From Mucisphaera calidilacus (GTDB taxonomy: Bacteria > Planctomycetota > Phycisphaerae > Phycisphaerales > Phycisphaeraceae): a stretch of DNA of 32,000 nucleotides. The notes under the pieces are model-generated. The model was not told where the DNA came from and ran no database searches. It saw only the letters and a list, made by a program, of their open reading frames with translations. Position numbers and translations under genes: made by a program. Each line of letters opens with the position of its first letter. Within the stretch, counting starts at the first letter, position 1. Positions 13,286 through 22,590 of the stretch are shown piece after piece. Location: assembly GCF_007748075.1 (NCBI RefSeq), contig NZ_CP036280.1, positions 3,330,001 to 3,362,000 of the forward strand. Reading direction: 5' to 3'.

Positions 13286-13360
13286 CTCGTGGGTTGCCGG
13301 TATGGTGGTCGGCGGGCAAGCTGCCTCGGACACGAGGTGAATCGCTTGAGCCCGGATAGT

Positions 13361-13439
13361 GTAGCATCAATCCAGATTATGGGGTAGCGGGCTCAGTATT
13401 AATTATGCTTATTATGTAACACCCGCGGACCTTGCGGGT
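13361..13439. promoter_or_regulatory. AT-rich divergent promoter island (lysR-gltBD / GT4 operon) with ATTATG-N3-ATTATG direct repeat and ACCCGC-N7-GCGGGT hairpin
   Basis: This is the only AT-rich stretch in the 305-nt intergenic region. ATTATG occurs at 13402-13407 and 13411-13416. The hairpin is at 13421-13439. Confidence 0.35.
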
Positions 13440-13499
13440 TGCTGGAGTCCGGGGTGGTGTTCGGGCCGATGGGAGAGGTGTCCCTGTGGGAGTCCATCA

Positions 13500-14645
13500 T
13501 TGCGTGTCGAGCGGCCGGTTCTGGTTCATGTGGTGCATCGGCTTTACCGGGCCGGGGCGGAGTTGTTGGCGGCGGATCTGGCGCGTTCGTTGTCGGACGA
13601 GTACCGGTTCGCGTTTGTGTGTCTGGACGAGGTGGGGCCGCTTGGCGAGGAGCTGCGGGGCGAGGGTTTTGAGGTGCGTTGCGTGGAGCGTCGACCCGGG
13701 GTTGATCTGGGGACGATCCGTCGGATGGCGGAGGTGATGGGCGATCTGGGGCCGTCGCTTGTGCATGCGCATCAGTACACGCCGTTCTTTTACGCCTCGT
13801 CGGCTCGGTTTACGGCGGGGACGCCTCGGGTGCTGTTCACGGAGCACGGGCGTCACTATCCGGACCGGCGCAAGCTCAAGCGGGTGGTGGCAAACCGTTT
13901 CCTGCTGGGCGCGGGGGATCGGGTGACGGCGGTAGGCGGCTTTGTGCGTGATGCATTGGTGCGGAACGAGGGGCTCGCGGGGTCAAGGATCGAGGTGGTT
14001 TACAACGGGATCGATACACGCGGTTTCGGGTCGCCGAGGCGTGGCCGCGAGGAAGTCCGGCGAGAGCTGGGGCTGGGAGCGGAGACGCCGGTGGCGATTC
14101 AGGTCGCACGGTTTCATCCGGTGAAGGATCACGCGACGGCGCTGCGGTCGATGGCGCATCTGACGGTGTCGCGACCCGACGCGGTGCTGCTGCTGGTGGG
14201 TGACGGCGAATGCCGCTCAGACCTGGAACGTCAGGTCGATGAGTTGGGTCTGAGGCGACAGGTGCGTTTCCTGGGTGTGCGTGACGACGTGGCGGATCTT
14301 CTGGCCGCGTCGGACCTGTTCCTGCTGACGTCGGTGTCGGAGGGTGTGTCGCTGACGCTTCTGGAGGCGATGTCGGCGGGCCTGCCGGTGGTCGCGACGG
14401 ACGTGGGCGGGAATCCGGAGGTGGTTGAGGACGGGGTGACGGGTCTGCTGGCCGGGCGGGGGCGTGATGTTGAGCTTGCTTCGGCGATGGTGCGTCTGCT
14501 GGGGGATGCGTCGCTTCGGCGGTCGATGGGGGGTGCGGGCGTGGAGAAGGCGCGATCGCGGTTTGACCGGGGACGGATGATCTCGGCGTATCGGGCGCTC
14601 TACGATGCCATGACCGAACGCGGGGTTTTGCGTCTGGCGTGTTGA
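13500..14645 (+). CDS. glycosyltransferase family 4 (GT-B fold)
   Basis: EGVSLTLLEAMSAGLPVVATDVGGNPEVVEDGVTGLL is the GT4 EX7E region. TTG start 13500 is preceded by GGGAG with 7-nt spacing. Confidence 0.9.
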   Translation: MRVERPVLVHVVHRLYRAGAELLAADLARSLSDEYRFAFVCLDEVGPLGEELRGEGFEVRCVERRPGVDLGTIRRMAEVMGDLGPSLVHAHQYTPFFYASSARFTAGTPRVLFTEHGRHYPDRRKLKRVVANRFLLGAGDRVTAVGGFVRDALVRNEGLAGSRIEVVYNGIDTRGFGSPRRGREEVRRELGLGAETPVAIQVARFHPVKDHATALRSMAHLTVSRPDAVLLLVGDGECRSDLERQVDELGLRRQVRFLGVRDDVADLLAASDLFLLTSVSEGVSLTLLEAMSAGLPVVATDVGGNPEVVEDGVTGLLAGRGRDVELASAMVRLLGDASLRRSMGGAGVEKARSRFDRGRMISAYRALYDAMTERGVLRLAC

Positions 14646-14661
14646 AGGATGGAGCTGAGTG

Positions 14662-15528
14662 ATGATGCGACGATGGACGGCGATGGCGGCACTCGTGCTG
14701 CTGGTTCTGGCGAGCCCTGGTTTCGGGCAGTTGTCCGAATTGAACCGCGCGTGGGCGGACGACCCGATCTGGCACGACGGCCTGTGCGAGATCGCGACCT
14801 ACGAGGCGGAGCGGGTGATCTACGGCCAGCCGCGCACGTACACGGCGCGGTTGTTCACGAACAAGGAGCGTTACGACGCGAAGAGCACGACCAAGGCGTC
14901 GAGTGGCGGCGTGGAGGTGTTCAAGCATCACCGCAGGGATGACGTCCCGACGCGGAACTACACGTATCACTTCTCGACGATGGCGTACGTGGACACGCGG
15001 ACGCTCGGGCCGGTGAAGCTGGAGATGGGGTCGCAGGAGGATTGCGGAGCGACGTTCAAGCAGTTTGTTCTGGATCGCGGGACGCTGCGCACGATGCAGT
15101 CATCGTATTTCCCGGGCGAGGGGCTGCGTGAGGGTCGTCATTCGCTGGACGATGAGCGGGCCGCGTTTGTGGATGCGTTGACGCTGACGCTCCGGGGGTT
15201 TCCTTTTGGTGGGGGGCGGTCGCTGGTGTTGCGTGCCTTGCCGCCTCAGATCGACACGCACCTGACGCCTGACGATCCGATGCGTGTGATGGTTCGGGAA
15301 CTGGATATCGATGAGCTTGACTTACCGATTGGCCGGGTTCGAGCGCATCACCTGGTCGTGGAGATGGAGGAGTCGGTGGGCGGGTCGCGTCGGCTGGAGT
15401 ACTGGTTTGCGGAGCGGTTGGAGGGTGCCGGCGACGAGGCGGGTCGCCACGTGCTGGTTCAGCATGCCGGCCCGTGGGGTGTCCGGATGCGGCTGGCGTC
15501 GATTGAACGCCGGGCGTACTGGAAATGA
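14662..15528 (+). CDS. secreted hypothetical protein (no recognisable family)
   Basis: Sec-type signal peptide MMRRWTAMAALVLLVLASPGFG/QL. GAAGGATGGAG SD region lies 7 nt upstream of ATG 14662 (GTG 14659 and ATG 14665 are alternatives). It starts 16 nt after the GT4 stop and ends 39 nt before dacB. Codon usage is like its neighbours. Confidence 0.65.
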   Translation: MMRRWTAMAALVLLVLASPGFGQLSELNRAWADDPIWHDGLCEIATYEAERVIYGQPRTYTARLFTNKERYDAKSTTKASSGGVEVFKHHRRDDVPTRNYTYHFSTMAYVDTRTLGPVKLEMGSQEDCGATFKQFVLDRGTLRTMQSSYFPGEGLREGRHSLDDERAAFVDALTLTLRGFPFGGGRSLVLRALPPQIDTHLTPDDPMRVMVRELDIDELDLPIGRVRAHHLVVEMEESVGGSRRLEYWFAERLEGAGDEAGRHVLVQHAGPWGVRMRLASIERRAYWK

Positions 15529-15567
15529 TGCCGCGCTGATTTCGGGTTAGACTGTTTTGTCATTGTT

Positions 15568-17070
15568 ATGAAGCAGAGCGTCGATCGATTTTCCGTTTTT
15601 GGTTGTGTTGTTGTGGTGGTGCTGCTGGCACACTCCGGCCGCGTGTTCGCTGCGCTGCAGACGCAGCTGGACGAGTTGGTTCACGCGGCGAACCTGGGGC
15701 AGACGCGTTATGCCATCCACGTTCACGACCTGACGCGAGACCTGCGGCTGGCCTCGGTTTCATCGGACGCGTTGATGATTCCGGCGAGCAACATGAAGCT
15801 GCTGACGACGGCGGGTGCGATTGACGCGTTGGGTGGCGACTTTGTTTATTTCACGGAGCTGCGTTCGGTGACGACGGGCGGCGCGCCGGTGCTGTGGGTG
15901 GTGGGCAATGGCGACCCGACGTTTGGTTCGCCTGACGTCCTGGCGTCGCACGGCATCGAGGTGGATGAGCTGCTGGGCACGTGGGTGGACGCGGCACGGC
16001 AGACGGGGATCACGCGTTGGAGCGCGTTGGTGGTGGACGACCGCGTGTTCGATCGTCAGTTCACGCACCCGGACTGGCCCGCAGATCAACTGGCGAACCG
16101 CTGGTGTGCGGGCGTGGCGGGGCTGAGTTTTTACGGCAACTGCGTCGAGGTGATCCCGCAGCCCTCGGAGATCAGGGGCGCGGCGCCGTCGATCCGGTTG
16201 TTCCCACCGGCCGATTTTTTCGAGACGACCAACCGCGCCACGACGGGGCGGAGCGACTCGTTCTGGGTGAGCCGCGACATGGAGCGTGACCGGCTGGTGT
16301 TTCGGGGGTCGGTACGCAACAAGCGGCGGACGGGGATCTCGGTTTCCGTGCGTGATCCGGCGATCTACCTGGGCAAGCATCTTCGTCAGGCGCTGGCCGA
16401 GGGCGGTCTTGAGGTGTCGGCGGTGACCCGGCCGACGGAGGGGTATCGCCCGAAGGAATTCGAGGCGTTGCACCGGGTGGAGACGTCGTTGAGCGTGGTG
16501 CTGGAGCAGGCCAACCGTGACTCGAACAACCTGGCGGCGGAGGGGCTGATCAAGACGATCGGCTGGCGCACGACGGGTCAGCAGGGGTCGTGGGAGACGG
16601 GAACGGCGGCGCTGCGACTTCGGTTGCGTGATCGGCTGGGGCCGTCGGCGGCGACGCTCCAGATCGCGGACGGGTCGGGTCTGAGCCGGAACAACCGGGT
16701 GACGGCCCGGCTGATGGTGAGTCTGCTGGAGACGATGTGGCGTGATGAATCAAGCCGTGAGTTGTTTGTGAACAGCCTTGCTGTCGGCGGGGAGACGGGC
16801 ACGCTCGACGATCGGATGTCGCGGGGGTTCGAGGGCGTCACGGTTCGTGCCAAGAGCGGGTATCTCAATGGTGTTTCGGCGTTGTCGGGATACGTGATCC
16901 TCGACGAGGGGGCGGCGGACGAGAGCGTGGTGGCGTTCAGTCTGATGTTCAACGACTTCAAGCGGCCGATCTCCAACAGCCAGCTCAAGCGGCTTCAGGA
17001 CCAGATCGTGGCGGCGATCGCGCGGGATCTGGCTCGGAAGCAGGAGCGTGAGGCGTTGGCGTCGCCCTGA
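15568..17070 (+). CDS. dacB: D-alanyl-D-alanine carboxypeptidase/endopeptidase, PBP4 (peptidase S13)
   Basis: Signal peptide, then PASNMK (SxxK), DGSGLSRNN (SxN) and KSG (KTG-type) motifs in PBP4 order and spacing. Confidence 0.9.
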   Translation: MKQSVDRFSVFGCVVVVVLLAHSGRVFAALQTQLDELVHAANLGQTRYAIHVHDLTRDLRLASVSSDALMIPASNMKLLTTAGAIDALGGDFVYFTELRSVTTGGAPVLWVVGNGDPTFGSPDVLASHGIEVDELLGTWVDAARQTGITRWSALVVDDRVFDRQFTHPDWPADQLANRWCAGVAGLSFYGNCVEVIPQPSEIRGAAPSIRLFPPADFFETTNRATTGRSDSFWVSRDMERDRLVFRGSVRNKRRTGISVSVRDPAIYLGKHLRQALAEGGLEVSAVTRPTEGYRPKEFEALHRVETSLSVVLEQANRDSNNLAAEGLIKTIGWRTTGQQGSWETGTAALRLRLRDRLGPSAATLQIADGSGLSRNNRVTARLMVSLLETMWRDESSRELFVNSLAVGGETGTLDDRMSRGFEGVTVRAKSGYLNGVSALSGYVILDEGAADESVVAFSLMFNDFKRPISNSQLKRLQDQIVAAIARDLARKQEREALASP

Positions 17071-17075
17071 GAATG

Positions 17076-17092
17076 GCTGCCAGATCGGCATG
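17076..17092. promoter_or_regulatory. dyad site GCTGCCA-N4-GGCATG (TGCC-N5-GGCA) upstream of cbpA-like gene
   Basis: GCTGCCAGATCGGCATG. The identical 13 fixed positions recur at 19043-19059 upstream of clpB, at nearly the same distance (76 vs 79 nt) from a TGTGGCA element. Confidence 0.35.
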
Positions 17093-17099
17093 GCGAAGC

Positions 17100-17120
17100 C
17101 CGGTTGTTCCTAATAACCGG
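17100..17120 (+). terminator. weak hairpin after dacB (CCGGTT-N9-AACCGG) followed by TTGTATATT
   Basis: 6-bp perfect stem, 9-nt loop and a U-rich-ish tail, starting 30 nt after the dacB stop. It overlaps the AATAACC motif shared with the clpB upstream region. Confidence 0.25.
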
Positions 17121-17151
17121 TTGTATATTCAGCGTTTAGTGCCGGGGTTTG

Positions 17152-17166
17152 TGGCATTGTGATTGC
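17152..17166 (+). promoter_or_regulatory. candidate sigma-54 (-24/-12) promoter element TGGCAT-N5-TTGC
   Basis: TGGCATTGTGATTGC has GG-N10-GC spacing and a good match to TGGCAC-N5-TTGCW. Caveat: the predicted TSS (~17178) abuts ATG 17179. Confidence 0.3.
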
Positions 17167-17178
17167 TGCGGGAAGATC

Positions 17179-18099
17179 ATGGCATTGAAGTTTGAAGACT
17201 ATTACAAGGTTCTGGGTGTGTCGCGGAATGCCACGGGCGAGGAGATTCAGAAGGCGTATCGCGTGCTGGCGCGCAAGCATCACCCCGACGTGAACAAGGC
17301 GCCTGACGCGGAGGAGCGCTTCGCGAAGATTGGTGAGGCGTACGAGGTGCTCAAGGATCCGGAGAAGCGTCGGAAGTACGACACGTTGGGCGAGAACTGG
17401 AAGCATGGCCAGGACTTTCGGCCGCCACCCGGCTTCGAGGGTTTTGGGGGCGGTCAGCGGACGGGGTCGGGATCGTTCCAGGGCGGGTTCCACGATTTCT
17501 TCGAGGCCTTTTTTCAGCAGCAGATGGGCGGAGCCGGGCGCGGCAGGTCGGCGGGGGGGTTTGAGGACCTGTTCGGGCAGGGCGGGTTTGGCGGCGGAGG
17601 ACCGCGGGCGCAGGCACGGCCTCGGCCGGCACAGGAGAGCGAGCTGACGATCGGCCTGAACGAGGCGTATGCGGGCTCGACCCGACAATTGACGCTCAGT
17701 ACGAGCGAGGTGAGCAAGTCGATCGATCTGCGGATCCCGCCCGGGACGACCGACGGCACGAAGATCCGGCTGCGTGACGAGAACCTGGTGTTGCGGATTC
17801 GCGTGGGTCGTCATCCGGACTTTGAGCTGATGGGTCGCAACCTGACCACGACGCTACGCATCAGGCCGTGGCAGGCGGCGTTGGGTGACAAGGCGGAGGT
17901 GAAGACGCTGGATGGCCCGGTGGATCTGACGATCCCTGCGGGCACGTCATCGGGTCAGCGGTTGCGGCTGCGTGGCCGAGGCCTGCCGAACCCGAAGGGT
18001 GATGCGGGCGACCTGTTCGTGCGGGTGCTGATCGAGCCGGAGAAGGACCTGTCGGCGGAGGCACGGTCGCTTTACGAGCGGCTGCGCGATCTCAGTTGA
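17179..18099 (+). CDS. cbpA: J-domain co-chaperone without zinc finger (CbpA / class II DnaJ-like)
   Basis: EDYYKVLGV...KHHPDVNK J-domain with HPD, G/F-rich linker and DnaJ C-terminal beta domains. No CxxCxGxG repeats. ATG 17179 is preceded by GGGAAG. The track start at 17149 (TTG) adds a Cys-rich non-homologous extension. Confidence 0.85.
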   Translation: MALKFEDYYKVLGVSRNATGEEIQKAYRVLARKHHPDVNKAPDAEERFAKIGEAYEVLKDPEKRRKYDTLGENWKHGQDFRPPPGFEGFGGGQRTGSGSFQGGFHDFFEAFFQQQMGGAGRGRSAGGFEDLFGQGGFGGGGPRAQARPRPAQESELTIGLNEAYAGSTRQLTLSTSEVSKSIDLRIPPGTTDGTKIRLRDENLVLRIRVGRHPDFELMGRNLTTTLRIRPWQAALGDKAEVKTLDGPVDLTIPAGTSSGQRLRLRGRGLPNPKGDAGDLFVRVLIEPEKDLSAEARSLYERLRDLS

Positions 18100-18949
18100 T
18101 GCGTTCGGGGTCCCAGCCGACGACGGTGGAGCAGATCGTGTTCGGGCCGTTGTAGATCCGGCCGAAGATCGAACGCGAGGTCCCGTTGATCTCGAAATGG
18201 CCGTTGGGGTGCCGTTTGACTTTGAACAGCTCGGGGATCGCCTCCCAGCGCCAGGTGTGGAGATTGCCCGCTGCGTCGGTGTAGTAGCTGGGGATGGACT
18301 TGTCGGACCCGCCTGAGATGAGTCCGACGAGTCGGCCCTGTCCGTCACAGATTGGCGAGCCGGAGTCGCCATCCATCCCCTCGATCGCGATGGCGAAGAA
18401 CCGGTTGTCGATGGAGACACCCACGACTTCCGTGGGGATGACCCGGATGTCGTGGTCGTCACGATTTCGGCTGGCTGGCATGACGAAGACCTTGTCGCCA
18501 ACCCGGGGCTGCCGGAGACTGACGCGGAAAGTCTTGGGTGTCAGGCGTTTGGGGACGTAGATGATCTGGGTGAGGTCGCTGTCGCGGTCGGGCCTGATCG
18601 TTTTGACGTGGGGATTGATGAAGTCGAAGTACCAGCCGGCACGCGGGTTGATGCGGAGCGTGCCGGGCGCATGCATCATGACCTCGATGCCGTGCGTCAT
18701 CGTGAGGAAGGTTTCGTTCTCGAGGGAGACGCCTACGCCGACAATCCGCTCGCGCTGGTGGTTGGGCATGGCGTCGGTGCCGGTGGTGATCTCGATCTCG
18801 ACCGTGCCCTGCATCATCTCGTAAGGGTGCCGGACGATCTGGTCGCTGACGGGCCGTGTGTCGACGGGCTCGGCGGGCACAGAGGTTTGGCAGCCGGCGA
18901 GGCTGATCAGGAGCGTGAGCAGGAGGTGGCAGGCGAATCGAAGCGGCAT
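18092..18949 (-). CDS. trypsin-like serine protease lipoprotein (S1/Trypsin_2-like)
   Basis: Lipobox LISLAG/C after [14 protein letters not shown], and a GDSGSPICD active-site serine motif. ATG 18947-18949. The 3' end overlaps the cbpA-like 3' end by 8 nt (convergent). Confidence 0.72.
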   Translation of the reverse strand: MPLRFACHLLLTLLISLAGCQTSVPAEPVDTRPVSDQIVRHPYEMMQGTVEIEITTGTDAMPNHQRERIVGVGVSLENETFLTMTHGIEVMMHAPGTLRINPRAGWYFDFINPHVKTIRPDRDSDLTQIIYVPKRLTPKTFRVSLRQPRVGDKVFVMPASRNRDDHDIRVIPTEVVGVSIDNRFFAIAIEGMDGDSGSPICDGQGRLVGLISGGSDKSIPSYYTDAAGNLHTWRWEAIPELFKVKRHPNGHFEINGTSRSIFGRIYNGPNTICSTVVGWDPERIN

Positions 18950-19042
18950 GATGCCCCCATGTCGGGTCAGGCAGGCGGTCGAGGGCACGGTACAGGCTGG
19001 TGGCTGACGGACCAAACGCGGGGAGCGTCTGAGGGGGCAAAA

Positions 19043-19059
19043 GCTGCCATTATGGCATG
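19043..19059. promoter_or_regulatory. dyad site GCTGCCA-N4-GGCATG (contains perfect palindrome TGCCAT-T-ATGGCA) between S1-protease gene and clpB
   Basis: GCTGCCATTATGGCATG. Same motif as 17076-17092. Confidence 0.35.
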
Positions 19060-19121
19060 ATTGGGCGCGGATGATATTACTTTAAATATCTTAAAAATAA
19101 CCACTTATGAATTTCAATCTG

Positions 19122-19136
19122 TGGCACGGTGTGTGC
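19122..19136 (+). promoter_or_regulatory. candidate sigma-54 (-24/-12) promoter element TGGCACG-N4-GTGC
   Basis: TGGCACGGTGTGTGC has GG-N10-GC spacing, with -24 identical to consensus TGGCACG and a degenerate -12 (GTGC). The predicted TSS is ~37 nt upstream of clpB ATG 19185. Confidence 0.3.
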
Positions 19137-19184
19137 GGGGTGTTGGGGTGCCCGGCGTTGGTGCGTGGGCGGGAAGGATTCGTG

Positions 19185-21806
<2,622 letters not shown>

Positions 21807-21821
21807 TCCGATGTGGCGGGT

Positions 21822-22271
21822 TCAGATCCCGCTGGCCTCGTCGTGCATGGCTTGGAGGACGGCGTCGCGCATGGCCTCAGCGGTGACGATTTCCTCGATG
21901 ATCACTGCGTCGGCGCCGGCCTGTTTGGCCTGGAGTCCCTGGCTGACGAAGTTGGTCCGGGCGGTGATGCGGATGCCGGGGTTGAGGCTGCGCGCAACGC
22001 GGCAGGCGCGGACGACTTCTTTCTCGTCGGGGATGGTGAGGGCGAGGGCCTGGGCGGCCTCGATGCCGGCGATGCGGAGGGTGTCGGGGTCGGTCGCGCA
22101 GCCATAGACGATGCGCCGGTCGAGGTCGAGTTGGCGTTCGATGGTGTCGAGGTTCAGTTCGACGATGACGACTTCAAAGCCAGAGGCCTCGAGTCGCTCG
22201 GCGACGAGGCGTCCGACCGGGCCGTAGCCGGCGACGATGGCACGGGACCGCGTTGAATGTGTATCGGTCAC
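21822..22271 (-). CDS. stand-alone TrkA-N / RCK NAD-binding domain protein
   Basis: Rossmann motif AIVAGYGPVGRLVAERL followed by EVVIVE. The start is ambiguous: GTG 22271 is chosen because codons between 22272 and 22367 are AT-rich and atypical. ATG 22367 is the alternative. Confidence 0.65.
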   Translation of the reverse strand: MTDTHSTRSRAIVAGYGPVGRLVAERLEASGFEVVIVELNLDTIERQLDLDRRIVYGCATDPDTLRIAGIEAAQALALTIPDEKEVVRACRVARSLNPGIRITARTNFVSQGLQAKQAGADAVIIEEIVTAEAMRDAVLQAMHDEASGI

Positions 22272-22339
22272 ACGGAAGATCGTACCGGATCGTCGTCGGC
22301 GCGGTGCTGTGACGCGAGCGTTGCCGTCTTTATGCGGCG

Positions 22340-22560
22340 GCAAAAAAATACGATGATATCTAAACATCTCCCGATTCGTGGAGATGCCGAAGGTGAGGCG
22401 GTGTTGTGTGGTCGATGAAAACGTTCAAAAACGGCAGGCGACGGCGAGTTGTGGCATGTATATATAATACTATAAAAATTAAACAGTTCACCAAGACAGA
22501 TAAAGCTGATTATCGTGCAAATGGGGGGATGGAAAGCGGACATGCTGTGGTAACCTGAAG
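22340..22560. promoter_or_regulatory. AT-rich intergenic island between TrkA-N gene and LuxR gene (contains TATAAT at 22463-22468)
   Basis: Includes tgtatatataatactataaaaattaaac. Composition contrasts sharply with the roughly two-thirds G+C flanks. The two genes are divergently arranged. Confidence 0.35.
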
Positions 22561-22590
22561 TCGTGGGCTGATGAAATCTGAGTGCTTGTG

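Noticed and set aside
12275-13333. 353-codon N-terminal extension of the gltB ORF (track ORF 7694..13333, 1879 aa)
   Set aside because: The extension is R/P/H-rich low-complexity sequence and overlaps the well-supported LysR CDS in another frame. GltB homology begins exactly at ATG 12272-12274 (…LYDPANEHDACGVGF).
13195-13360. Glutamine (glnA-type) riboswitch in the lysR-gltBD leader, prompted by an ACGGAA hairpin loop
   Set aside because: I cannot reconstruct the consensus three-stem architecture from memory or by eye, so a covariance-model scan is needed. It is reported only as a structured leader.
13377-13460. tRNA-like fragment (GGGGTAGCGGGCTCAGT resembling an acceptor/D-arm)
   Set aside because: I could not build a cloverleaf. 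There is no D-stem complement, no anticodon stem and no GGTTCGAATCC-type T-arm.
13876-14970. 364-aa minus ORF across the GT4 / hypothetical genes, and similar ORFs at 29286..30308, 29425..30312 and 30484..31848
   Set aside because: P/R/A/S-rich antisense or off-frame artefacts overlapping genes with clear family motifs.
17149-17178. N-terminal extensions suggested by the ORF track: cbpA from 17149, clpB from 19107, regulator from 28357, S1 protease from 19015, PrcB-like from 28747, thrS from 25661
   Set aside because: The extensions fall in promoter-like or AT-rich DNA or overlap neighbouring genes, and they add non-homologous residues. Internal starts have SD-like sequences, and homology, signal peptides or lipoboxes begin there.
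19036-19049. Minus-strand TGGCAGCTTTTGCC upstream of the S1 protease as a sigma-54 promoter
   Set aside because: The spacing is TGGCAG-N3-TTGC (GG-N8-GC), two nt too short for a -24/-12 promoter.
22450-22465. Third TGTGGCA copy as a sigma-54 promoter (TGGCATGTATATATAA)
   Set aside because: The GG-N10 position carries TA, not GC, so it is not a -24/-12 promoter. It is retained only as a motif co-occurrence note.
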